Positions 19,756-28,854 of a stretch of 64,000 nt of DNA are shown here, piece after piece. The position numbers and the translations under genes were made by a program. Position 1 is the stretch's first letter; the number at the start of each line of letters is the position of its first letter. Origin of the DNA: an uncultured Opitutia bacterium (GTDB lineage: Bacteria > Verrucomicrobiota > Verrucomicrobiia > Opitutales > UBA953); assembly GCA_903855995.1 (NCBI GenBank), contig CAIOAN010000013.1:78875-142874 (forward strand). The letters are read 5' to 3'. The notes beneath the pieces were generated by a model. It worked only from the letters and a program-made list of their open reading frames with translations, was not told the DNA's origin and did not search any database.

Positions 19756-20325
19756 TTACCTGCACCACCTAAGATTCGCTTCTAGGTGGTGCAGCCCTTT
19801 GGGGACATTACGCCAGCCTACCCGCCATGCATATGCATGGAAACCGACAACCATGTCAGCCACCTGTAACTGAGGACAGGCGTGCGATCTTTCCATACGG
19901 ACCTCCCGGACGCCCAAAGCGATTCTTATCTCCGAAGCGCGCAGCCGATCACGCTCGCCGTCGATGACAATCCTATCGGCTGCTTCGATGCGGTCGAAGG
20001 AGCCTAGACAAGAACGCATGACTTCCACCTCCGGTCGATAATTAGACCTTAGCACCACTCTCTGCTTATCCCAAATCGCCACTCGGTACGAACGGAGCAT
20101 CGGAGCCATGCTAGTCATGTAATCCATCCTGACGCCGATTGGCATCTTGGACCATTTGAACTCACCCCGCCAACCGAGACCTGCCCTCAGCCGTTCCTGC
20201 GCTGCGGCCAGACGCGCGGCTTCCGCTCCATCACGGCAACAAAGGATTCCCACGGCGAAATAGGACGAGCTGCCGGGCTCCATCGGCAGACCCGGATCGC
20301 CACTTTCATCACAGAATAACAGCAT
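19756..20325 (-). CDS. DUF3800-family protein
   Basis: 189 aa. N-terminal LLFCDESGD and C-terminal QLQVADMV, the hallmark ends of DUF3800. Confidence 0.65.
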   Translation of the reverse strand: MLLFCDESGDPGLPMEPGSSSYFAVGILCCRDGAEAARLAAAQERLRAGLGWRGEFKWSKMPIGVRMDYMTSMAPMLRSYRVAIWDKQRVVLRSNYRPEVEVMRSCLGSFDRIEAADRIVIDGERDRLRASEIRIALGVREVRMERSHACPQLQVADMVVGFHAYAWRVGWRNVPKGLHHLEANLRWCR

Positions 20326-20800
20326 ACACTATTGCCTAGATTGGAATCAGCCTGGGCAATCCGAGCGTACTGGTGTCTTCGCATCAGTACCTCCTAAGCA
20401 ATTCCCGCCACCTGCCACCCGGGGCTGCCACCCGCCACCCGAAGCGTTGCATCCCCCTGCCATTGCTTCGCAGCAGTTCACCATGCCAGCATGCCCGCGC
20501 GCTTGCGTGCTGCCTCCCTTGTCAACGCGTCAACGTGCCAGCCTGCCAGCTGATCTGCCTCTCTCTGTTCCACCGAGCCTCTGAGCCTCCGGGCCTCTTA
20601 TGTGTGCCCCATGTCCCCTTGCCCACATGTCCCCTCGCGGCTTCGCCGCGCTCTTGTCAACGTGTCAACTTGCCAGCCTGTCCCCTCGCGCAAGCGCGTA
20701 TGCCCCATGTCCCCTCGCGCAAGCGCTGTCCCCTCGCAACCTTTGGTCGCGTCGAGGTTCAGCGAGCCAATGGTACGGCCTGACCCCGTGTTCGGCCTCC
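20326..20800. repeat. mosaic intergenic repeat block
   Basis: GGTGGC-word array (inverse) at 20404-20446, inverse gaggcc module at 20571-20597, gtcaacgcgtcaacgtgcc and tgtcaacgtgtcaacttgccagc words, and 72-nt repeat copy 1 at 20727-20798. Confidence 0.85.
20727..20798 (+). repeat. direct repeat copy 1 (cassette border)
   Basis: tgtcccctcgcaacctttggtcgcgtcgagg..ttcagcga..ggtacggcctgaccccgtgttcggcc. Repeated at 22923-23003, and its 3' part also at 24457-24484. Confidence 0.8.
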
Positions 20801-20936
20801 GCTTTAAATATTAGTAATAGAGCAAATCATAAGGTCACTTTTCGTGATATACCAGCACCAGCGAATGCCTTATAAAGTAATGCAGAACGAATACTAATTT
20901 CATCGATTTACTTATTTTTTATACATAAAAACACCA

Positions 20937-22790
20937 ATGAGCGGTAACAAAAAACACTCGGGCAAGCGAACGCCTGACGAAATCCTGCGAGATGCCCGCA
21001 AGGAGGTTTCAAGAATCCTGTCGAAGGCCAGAAAAGCCTCGGCCGGTCCACCCCAGGCAAGCAGACCGAACCAGGAGCCTCGCTTCTTCCCTGGATGCAT
21101 ATTCGTGGTAATGTTATTTTGCGGGATTTTCTTGGGAGCCATGACATCGCCGAGGCTCCGGGACAAGCTAGCGAACTTCGCCAAAGATTTGGCGGGCCAA
21201 ACGGACGTTGGGACTAATCACGAGGTAGAAAAAATAGCCACACAGGGGGCTGCACCCGCCTTGGAAGCGGCCAACCAGCGTTCACCCAACGCGAGCTCGG
21301 TCGAGGCATACTTTCGCATGGGTAATGAATTATTCGCCTCCAGAATCATCACCAATGCCTCCACTCCGAAGAAGGCCCACACGCCTACGCCAGGCGAAGC
21401 TCCACACTACGGCCGTGGCAGTCTGATCGGCGTTATCCTTCGAAACGTTCGCAAGGGTGAACGCTACGATATTACAATCAGCGGCGACCGGTTCATCAAA
21501 GAATCCTCGGAAAGTATCTTGATTGAAAATGACGCACTGGTGGTCAATGCGCAACCCGCCCTTATTTACGATTATGAGGCAATCCGTAAGATCAATCAGA
21601 CCACAAGTTGCAACCTGACCTTTAAAGTGCGCCGAAGTGGCGAATTAGAATTTAAAAGCATCACAGCTACCTTGCAGCTCCATCAGATTAACGACTGCCC
21701 TCTTACCATGGGTGTGCGCAACCTACAGGCCGATGGCACGTTCAGCCACGTCCGTTCGAAAGATTTCCAGACGATAACAGGCTACGTAAATGAAAATCAC
21801 CCTTGGATTGATGCTCTCCTGCTGGAAGCGAGAGAAACCAATATTTGCGGTGAATTCGTAGGATACCAAAGCGGTACCGAGCAAGTATGGCCGCAGATAG
21901 ACGCAATCTGGAAAGCGTTAGAAAATCGCGGACTAGGTTATTCGAGCATAACGACTACCACCACCTCAACGCACCACGAATTCCAACATGTAAGATTCCT
22001 CGAGGATTCGTTGACCAACAAACAATCCAACTGCCTCGACGGTTCGGTACTCCTCGCATCAATACTGAGGAAAATCAGCCTAAACGTCAGCATCATGCTC
22101 GTCCCTGAACACGCCTATCTTATTGTCCACGACATGGATAATAAAAAGTTTCTTTACGCGATTGAGACAACGATGATTGGAAAAGCCGACCTGTATGCCG
22201 CCGTCAAGATGGCGACTGTCGATGAACCCTTCGCACTTTCAAAACTAGTGAATGACTCAAAAGATAAATACACGGGAGATGACTTCAGAATTATCAACAT
22301 TGCAAAGATGCGCGACGCAGGCACACAACCCATCTCCTTTGAAGGTTCGGCACAACCTCCCTCCATCCCAGTCTTCGCCACCCGCGATCAAATCGGAACT
22401 CCAGCTCAAATCGTCCGGCAACAGCGAATTATTTTAGCCCAAAAGATTCAGCAAAAAGTTAAAAGCCTTGTCGACCGCCTTGATTCGACCCGCGGTGGCA
22501 ATCCTTTCAACCTCAATGACCCCGGCTTCCAGATTGAGTCTTACGCATTGTTCTCGGAGATACGTCATCACCAAGGGGCATTCAATAAACTGCGCACCAC
22601 CCCTAGCCTAACACCCATCGGCATCGCACTTTCTGATCAACTATTATCAGAGCGCTACTCGAAGCACATTGCGACCCTACGCAACGTAACGCTCGATACG
22701 AATGACCAAATAAAGAAATCTGATATTTTACGCGCCGCCGACCTTGCCGATGCACTCTTCGGAATCGCATGCCTGCCGCTCGAGTATTGA
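20937..22790 (+). CDS. membrane-anchored transglutaminase-like (papain-fold) protein
   Basis: 617 aa with one N-terminal TM helix (FFPGCIFVVMLFCGIFLGA). Cys/His pair in SNCLDGSVLLASILRK ... VPEHAYLIV. Markedly AT-richer than its surroundings (one hand-counted 60-nt line gave 45% GC). Confidence 0.5.
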   Translation: MSGNKKHSGKRTPDEILRDARKEVSRILSKARKASAGPPQASRPNQEPRFFPGCIFVVMLFCGIFLGAMTSPRLRDKLANFAKDLAGQTDVGTNHEVEKIATQGAAPALEAANQRSPNASSVEAYFRMGNELFASRIITNASTPKKAHTPTPGEAPHYGRGSLIGVILRNVRKGERYDITISGDRFIKESSESILIENDALVVNAQPALIYDYEAIRKINQTTSCNLTFKVRRSGELEFKSITATLQLHQINDCPLTMGVRNLQADGTFSHVRSKDFQTITGYVNENHPWIDALLLEARETNICGEFVGYQSGTEQVWPQIDAIWKALENRGLGYSSITTTTTSTHHEFQHVRFLEDSLTNKQSNCLDGSVLLASILRKISLNVSIMLVPEHAYLIVHDMDNKKFLYAIETTMIGKADLYAAVKMATVDEPFALSKLVNDSKDKYTGDDFRIINIAKMRDAGTQPISFEGSAQPPSIPVFATRDQIGTPAQIVRQQRIILAQKIQQKVKSLVDRLDSTRGGNPFNLNDPGFQIESYALFSEIRHHQGAFNKLRTTPSLTPIGIALSDQLLSERYSKHIATLRNVTLDTNDQIKKSDILRAADLADALFGIACLPLEY

Positions 22791-22922
22791 TAGATTTTTT
22801 AGGCAGGCATGCCCGACAATGGGGTCTGACCCCATTATGAGTGGTGGCCAGAGTTTTTCTGGAGCTCGCTCGTGGTGTCAGTTCCTCCGGTCCTCGATTA
22901 CGCCCCGCGTCCCCGTGCCCAC

Positions 22923-23003
22923 GTGTCCCCTCGCGACCTTTGGTCGCGTTCAGGCAATTTTCGGTTCAGCGATCTAAAGGTACGGCCTGATCTCGTGTTC
23001 GGC
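22923..23003 (+). repeat. direct repeat copy 2 (cassette border)
   Basis: Same unit as 20727-20798 with a ~10-nt insertion. Contains the perfect hairpin cgcgacc-ttt-ggtcgcg. Confidence 0.8.
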
Positions 23004-23011
23004 CCCGCAGG

Positions 23012-23281
23012 TTAGAAATCCGTCCCGATCAGCAGATCGTAGGTAGCCTTGTTCTTCCTAATCTCGACTATGAGTGAGTCGGCTCGGCGACGAGCCAGCT
23101 CCTTTTGATCCGGCTTCAAGCGTCGAACCGCGTTAGAGACCATTTCTCCGAGGTACGAGTCTTCGCCGGCACCGAATTCCAAAGCGACGTAAGCCCAGAC
23201 TGCGGACTCAAATTCATTAGTGTCGCCTGTGGTGCCGTAAATCGCCGAAACGGCACGCATCGAGTAGTGGTCGCCCAGCAT
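23012..23281 (-). CDS. hypothetical small protein
   Basis: 89-aa ORF, no recognisable motif. Confidence 0.3.
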   Translation of the reverse strand: MLGDHYSMRAVSAIYGTTGDTNEFESAVWAYVALEFGAGEDSYLGEMVSNAVRRLKPDQKELARRRADSLIVEIRKNKATYDLLIGTDF

Positions 23282-23319
23282 CGCCGCGCGTACAAATACA
23301 AAGCAGGACGTAGATGTAT

Positions 23320-24471
23320 GGGGTCAGGCCGTTACCGACTCTGATTGATACTAAATCTGCCTGAAAGGCCTGAGTTTGGTATCAGTCATCAGGAGTAACG
23401 GCCTGACCCCTTGGATTAGGGCATAGCCCCTGAAGGGTAACCTGTTTGGATTTACCGACGTATTCATGGCAACAGGAGTCATGCCCCGATCAAAGCGAAC
23501 GCTCTCCAACCAAGGCCTCTATCATGTCTATAACCGAGCGGAGCTCGGCCAGCCCATCTTCGAGTCAGACGGCGCCAAGGCCGTCTTCCTTGAGACCATC
23601 CTCCAGGTGAGCGAGACGCTGGCTTGGGAACTCCATGCCTATGCGATCATGACCAACCATTTCCATTTGGCGTTAACGACGCCCCAGGCGGATATCGAAA
23701 TAGGCATGCATGCCCTCCTTTCGGCCTTCGCGAACAAGCACCGTACCTTCCGAGGGTCGATCGGACACGTCTTCCAATCCCGTTACAGAGCAGACCACTA
23801 CCCTCTCGGCCAGCTTGCCGGAGACAAAGTCGACTATGTCCACTACAACCCAGTCGCGGCAGGAATCGTATCCCTGGATGAACTTCGGCATTACCCATGG
23901 AACAGTTACCGACTGGTCTGGCAGCCCGCACTTCGCGGCCGACTGACGATCGGGCCGATGCTGGGAGCATTGTACGGACTCAAAGACGATCCTGACGGCT
24001 GGCACGCATACGAAGAAAGACTGCGCCTGCGAATGGCATCGGCCGAACGTAGCCTCACCGATGACGAGCTTTTCGGTTTGGCGCGTAAGACCAAAGCCGG
24101 GGCACTGCCCGAAGCGGTCGGTCTACCCGTACGTGCCGGGATGACATCCGACGGCCACCGACAGGAACGTGCCGCCGAACAAGAGCGTATCCTAGGCGAA
24201 GCGCTCGCCGCCGCCGGTATCCTGCCGGAGGATCTACCTGGCCTCGGCAAGAGTGCCGGCGTTAAGGTCGCGGTAGCGCAGGCCATCCAGGCGCGTACCT
24301 TGGCGAGTTCGGCATGGTTGGCCAAGGCACTGCACCTCGGCAGCGCCGCCAACGTGCGCAAACTTCTACGCCAAGCCAAGGGGTCAGGCCGTTACTGAAT
24401 CTGCCTGATACCAAATCCGCACTATATCTATGCGTTTAGTATCAGTACCTGACGAGTAACGGCCTGACCCC
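23320..24471 (+). mobile_element. RAYT/IS200-like unit: Y1 transposase gene bracketed by two copies of a ~91-nt hairpin element
   Basis: Hairpin copies at 23320-23410 and 24380-24471, in the same orientation. Each has perfect 16-nt arms ggggtcaggccgttac / gtaacggcctgacccc. The second copy overlaps the last codons of the gene. Confidence 0.7.
23466..24398 (+). CDS. REP-associated tyrosine transposase (RAYT) / IS200-like Y1 transposase with C-terminal HTH-like tail
   Basis: 310 aa. Motifs LYHVYNRA, HUH motif in AYAIMTNHFHLAL, catalytic Tyr context VFQSRY. Confidence 0.8.
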   Translation: MATGVMPRSKRTLSNQGLYHVYNRAELGQPIFESDGAKAVFLETILQVSETLAWELHAYAIMTNHFHLALTTPQADIEIGMHALLSAFANKHRTFRGSIGHVFQSRYRADHYPLGQLAGDKVDYVHYNPVAAGIVSLDELRHYPWNSYRLVWQPALRGRLTIGPMLGALYGLKDDPDGWHAYEERLRLRMASAERSLTDDELFGLARKTKAGALPEAVGLPVRAGMTSDGHRQERAAEQERILGEALAAAGILPEDLPGLGKSAGVKVAVAQAIQARTLASSAWLAKALHLGSAANVRKLLRQAKGSGRY

Positions 24472-24517
24472 GTGTTCGGCCTCCTTGATGTAAAAGCCTG
24501 GTCCAACCTAGATCTGG

Positions 24518-25273
24518 CTATTCAAAAAGCATGTCACCAAGGCCACCTGCAGGCGATTCGGTAGTTTCATCATAACCGGGAATGCTAAAGCCACTCTCGT
24601 CATCCCCGTCTTCGGTCCAGCGAAGGTTACGTTCTAAGTCCTTATCAACCTCGGGAACATCAGGAAGATCTTTGAGTCGATCATAGGGCTCTGCGTCGTC
24701 GTCGGCATTATCCTGAGCATCATCCTGCGAGCCGTCTTCCCGACACGCGGCACTCGCTTCAAGCCATTCACCCGTATGATCTATCACATCATGCGCTTCA
24801 TCGGGCTCAAAGGGACCAACAAGTTCGTCATCACGACCGTCAGTGTAGACCTTGCGGGTAAACTTTAATTCAAGGAAATCGTCATAGACATCATGCGTGC
24901 GAATATAGACCGTATCCAGAGTGACAAACGTCGCGCCAACCGAATCAAGTAACGCGAGTTCGTATGATTCCGGGAAAAGCTGAAGAGTTCGAGGCAGGTT
25001 GTCGAAAAGGCTGTTCGAGAAATAGAGATACTGGTTAGCATCCATTCCAAGGTCGGTATCGCTATCATCGAGTTCCCGGCTGCCGAAAAAAGTCCTTAAT
25101 CTTTGAATATCGACGAACCGCCGGGTCTTCCGCTGGGACACGTCGCTCGCATCAAAGAATTCCTGCCAAACCTCCTCATCAGCCCAGTCCCACACTTCTT
25201 CTTCGCACACGGCCTCTACCAGAGCCTTTTTCTGCTCTGGGTAACTGAGAGACATCCAACGCTCAGGGGTCAT
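24518..25273 (-). CDS. strongly acidic hypothetical protein
   Basis: 251 aa, very D/E-rich throughout (e.g. DGSQDDAQDNADDDAEPYD). Divergent from the DUF262 gene with a 60-nt spacer. Confidence 0.55.
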   Translation of the reverse strand: MTPERWMSLSYPEQKKALVEAVCEEEVWDWADEEVWQEFFDASDVSQRKTRRFVDIQRLRTFFGSRELDDSDTDLGMDANQYLYFSNSLFDNLPRTLQLFPESYELALLDSVGATFVTLDTVYIRTHDVYDDFLELKFTRKVYTDGRDDELVGPFEPDEAHDVIDHTGEWLEASAACREDGSQDDAQDNADDDAEPYDRLKDLPDVPEVDKDLERNLRWTEDGDDESGFSIPGYDETTESPAGGLGDMLFE

Positions 25274-25333
25274 CCAAAACGCACAGTGCGGTTAATCAAT
25301 TGACCCTACAAGAATCGTTTTTAATAAAACAAC

Positions 25334-27139
25334 ATGCCCCTCGACGCCAAAGTCATCAGCCTCGAACAACTCCTGCTCAAGTACCCTTGCCTGGACGTGC
25401 CGAACTACCAACGCACCTTCAAATGGACGGAGGAAAAGATCACGACCACCTTTCAGGACATCCTTAACGGCCTGGACTTCACCGGCAGCGGGGACAATCG
25501 AGGACACTTCCTCGGCTCCGTGGTCATCTGCAAAGACCCTACCAACAATAAAATCGACCTCGTGGATGGCCAGCAGCGCCTGACCACGCTCACCATCATG
25601 CTGTGGAGCCTGGCAAAACTTGCCGATAAACAAACTCTTGAGAAAGCCAGTCGGACCATCCTACAAGCCGACCGACTGAATCCACGCATCCTGCACAAAG
25701 CGGGCAATAAAGAGCTCTGCAGCGATCGGGACGCTTATCGCGAAGTGGCCACGAAACTCGAAGTGAACCATAGTCCCGAAGCCGGCGACGCTGATGACGA
25801 GGGCGTCATCCAACGAAACGCCAGCTGGCATGCTGCGTTAGTAGACACTCCGATCTATAAGGCTGGCGCCTGCCTGGATGATCTAGCCGCGAGAGCCTGC
25901 GACGCCTATCTGCGCGACACGAATACCACCTCTCGCAGTAAAGCTGCGTCCGAAATCTACGCGCGACTCTCCGAGGGCGTCAAACTCATCATCATCGAGA
26001 CAGACCAGAGAAAGGAAGGCATGCGCGTCTTTGCGTCCATTAATGCAGGAGGAACTCCGCTACAAACGTGGGAACTCATCATGAGCGCATTTTACACTCA
26101 CGGACCGGACCCTAAGCAACAATCGCTCGTTGAACTGACCTTCGAGAGCGACCGCCATTCGATATCCAAGATCTTAGGCAACGACAACGAAGACTCTACG
26201 GTGAACAACGGATTGCGCACGTTCTGGCTGTCCACCCGTCGATTCGCCCGAATGGACGATCTTTTTAACGAATTCAACGAGACCTTAGCCAAGAGCACGG
26301 ATCCAAAGAAGACCCACTCTGACCTACTCAAACAAATCCTATTCAGCGTGCCGCTCCTCAAGGCATTTGATACCGCACCAAACACAGTCGAGAATGCAGT
26401 CGCTGAGAAGACTTACTCTTTCGCGAGTCTTTACCCGTTAACCGTCGCGATGAAGGATAAACTCGCCCGGCCGATCCTATTGAGCGTATTGCTTCGATTG
26501 AACAAGGACCCGAAGGCCGCCGACGACGCGCTCCGTCGCGTAAGTTTCGCCCTCGAACGAGCCCGTATGAAGCTCATCATCTGCAAATACGGCGCGAATT
26601 TCATCGAGAAGCCTTACTCACAGCTCGCAGTTGAGATCTACAAAGGGAAACACTCCGAAGACCCCGAGGTAATCGAGGAGAAGGTCTACCAATTCCTGCG
26701 GGACATCAAGGGATTCCCCGCCCAGGATGAGTTTGAGGCCGCATTCCAACGCTACGCACCTTCCGGCAGGGACCAAAAACTACCCAAACTGATCGCTATC
26801 CGCCTCCAGGACGCGCTGCGAAACCCCGATAAGATCCCCTTCCTCTATCTGAGCACCCCGAAGAAATCCGAAGACTCTTTCAAACTCGTGAAAGGTCTGA
26901 GTTTTGACGCCGACGCTAGTGACTATGAGGCCAAAAAGCTTGGCTTTAAAAGCTCCGCCAACCTTCAGGCGATCGGCGGCTCACTAGGCAACCTCTTCAT
27001 GGCCGACCCTGAAACCATGGAAATCGATCATCGCATCGAATTCAATGGAAAGACCGAAGTCGCCGACCTAGGAGAAGATGCGATGACGGAAAGACGCGAT
27101 ATGCTGGCAGATCTCGCCGCTCGCATCTGGCACTTTTGA
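25334..27139 (+). CDS. DUF262 (ParB-like nuclease/NTPase) domain protein, GmrSD/SspE-related N-terminus
   Basis: 601 aa. Motifs VPNYQRTFKW and LVDGQQRLTTL. The C-terminus keeps only GSLGNLFMAD. I cannot find the EH..P part of a DUF1524 HNH-like motif. Confidence 0.8.
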   Translation: MPLDAKVISLEQLLLKYPCLDVPNYQRTFKWTEEKITTTFQDILNGLDFTGSGDNRGHFLGSVVICKDPTNNKIDLVDGQQRLTTLTIMLWSLAKLADKQTLEKASRTILQADRLNPRILHKAGNKELCSDRDAYREVATKLEVNHSPEAGDADDEGVIQRNASWHAALVDTPIYKAGACLDDLAARACDAYLRDTNTTSRSKAASEIYARLSEGVKLIIIETDQRKEGMRVFASINAGGTPLQTWELIMSAFYTHGPDPKQQSLVELTFESDRHSISKILGNDNEDSTVNNGLRTFWLSTRRFARMDDLFNEFNETLAKSTDPKKTHSDLLKQILFSVPLLKAFDTAPNTVENAVAEKTYSFASLYPLTVAMKDKLARPILLSVLLRLNKDPKAADDALRRVSFALERARMKLIICKYGANFIEKPYSQLAVEIYKGKHSEDPEVIEEKVYQFLRDIKGFPAQDEFEAAFQRYAPSGRDQKLPKLIAIRLQDALRNPDKIPFLYLSTPKKSEDSFKLVKGLSFDADASDYEAKKLGFKSSANLQAIGGSLGNLFMADPETMEIDHRIEFNGKTEVADLGEDAMTERRDMLADLAARIWHF

Positions 27140-27144
27140 GGAAG

Positions 27145-28845
27145 TCAGCCAATCATCATCTTGGAGATCGATTCCATCGCGGCCTGGTCGGCCATGATTG
27201 TAAGACTCACCTTAGGTCGAGTCGCTGCGACATAGAACAGAGGGTCGTCCTTCTCGATCCGGCCTTTGACGTTGTAGATGATGACTGCAGCCGCCTCCAT
27301 ACCTTTGAATTTCCTGACTGTGGTATAGCGAATGACGTTCTTCCTGCCAGAGGTTGTCCAACCAAAGGCCGCCAAGCCTGCAATCTTCTTTGCCCCGGCA
27401 AGCGTTTCGTTGGCTCCTGAGTAATCCAGAATCACTATGTCTTCTGCCTTAAAACCCTTTTTGATCAAACCGCTGACAGCCGCCTCAAGTTCGGCGAAGC
27501 GACCGATGTCGTCGGAAGACTTATAAAGATGCGACTTAACCACATGCCCAGGGATATCAGAAGGTATCGCGGGATTACTGGTAGCGTTATTGGCAAACTC
27601 AGCGATGTGCGAGCTATTGCGCACGTTACGCTTCAAGCGGTAAGCAACTTGGCTCGGGGGTTCAAAGGCACCCTCAGCATATTTGACGAGCGATTGACCG
27701 CGATCTTCGAACCACACCCACTCTCCGGCAGCCCATCCGCCTTTGAGTAAACACCCTAGCGCGGCACATAAGACGGGTTGAGCACGAAGGTCCTGCCCCT
27801 CGTCGATGATCAGCGAGTCGAATGCTCCTTCAGGATTGGCCACCAACCAGGATTGGAGATCACGGAGACAGCCGGCATGGTCCCCTGGGTTGGCCTTAAG
27901 TACAGGGGAATACTCCCGCAGCAGCGAATGCACCGTACCGATGAAAGATCGACCTGGCTTCATCTTTAACATGTTCATCGCCGACAAATGATCAGCCAAA
28001 TGGACATTAAAACAGACAAGCGCCACACGGTGGTTCTCGTCTTGTGACAACAGGGAATGAAGACGCGTTTCGGCGATCAAGGTCTTCCCAGTCCCCGCAG
28101 GGCCGTGAACCAAGAGCCGGGGAATCCCCTCCATACCCCAGAGCGCATCACCTTGTTCGGTCGTCAGACGGACCAACTCGCCGTCGGTAGCCTGGATTGC
28201 CGATGTCATCGAGGGAATCGAGTTAAAGTTAGGCCGGAAGCAATCAACCAGAGCCGCATATTCAGACTGACTTAGGCCAACCGGGGCTGACCGACCCTTA
28301 CCTACGGCCAATTCCTCATCCTTTCTCAGAATAAAATCTGCCATTTCTAGCAGTGCGACTTTAGTACCAGTTTCGTCGATTCTTGCTCGGTCGCAAATCA
28401 TCTCCATAGGCCATGAGTTAGGCGAAACTTGACCATGCGGAATAATGCAATCTGGGAAAAAACATCCCCAGCCGTGAGCTACCTTATTCAGCAGCTCTTC
28501 AGCCCCAGGTCGAGTTAGCGCCAACTTTTTCAGGGCATGCCACGCGCTTTCGGCCTGCTGGTAAGGAGATTCCTTCTTACGATTAATTTCACCGTGGCGG
28601 TTCTTGAAGCACCACTCCCCTGCCTCGGCATAGACTTCGCCTCCTTTGACCTCGATCACCATGATGACTCTGGGAGATATGAGCAAGAAGTCCGCCTCAC
28701 CAGAACGCTTGTAAGCATGCTGATGAACATAGACGGAGTGCAGCACAGCCCATTCATCTGAGAGCCCTTTAAGGACTCGATAAAGGGTACACTCTGCTTC
28801 GCTCTTCTTGAAGTCAGGGGGGATATCCGGGAAGAATTTTGCCAT
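27145..28845 (-). CDS. NERD-domain + SF1 (UvrD/AAA_30-like) helicase
   Basis: 566 aa. NERD core SGEADFLLISPRVIMVIEVKGG, Walker A VHGPAGTGKT, Walker B LIIDEGQDL, C-terminal FKGMEAAAVIIYNV ... YVAATRPK. Confidence 0.8.
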   Translation of the reverse strand: MAKFFPDIPPDFKKSEAECTLYRVLKGLSDEWAVLHSVYVHQHAYKRSGEADFLLISPRVIMVIEVKGGEVYAEAGEWCFKNRHGEINRKKESPYQQAESAWHALKKLALTRPGAEELLNKVAHGWGCFFPDCIIPHGQVSPNSWPMEMICDRARIDETGTKVALLEMADFILRKDEELAVGKGRSAPVGLSQSEYAALVDCFRPNFNSIPSMTSAIQATDGELVRLTTEQGDALWGMEGIPRLLVHGPAGTGKTLIAETRLHSLLSQDENHRVALVCFNVHLADHLSAMNMLKMKPGRSFIGTVHSLLREYSPVLKANPGDHAGCLRDLQSWLVANPEGAFDSLIIDEGQDLRAQPVLCAALGCLLKGGWAAGEWVWFEDRGQSLVKYAEGAFEPPSQVAYRLKRNVRNSSHIAEFANNATSNPAIPSDIPGHVVKSHLYKSSDDIGRFAELEAAVSGLIKKGFKAEDIVILDYSGANETLAGAKKIAGLAAFGWTTSGRKNVIRYTTVRKFKGMEAAAVIIYNVKGRIEKDDPLFYVAATRPKVSLTIMADQAAMESISKMMIG

Positions 28846-28854
28846 AAAATGAAA

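Noticed and set aside
25334-27139. Calling the DUF262 protein a complete GmrSD-type type IV restriction enzyme.
   Set aside because: I could not locate the DUF1524 His-Me finger (EH..P...N) in the C-terminal half. Only a GNL-like remnant is visible.
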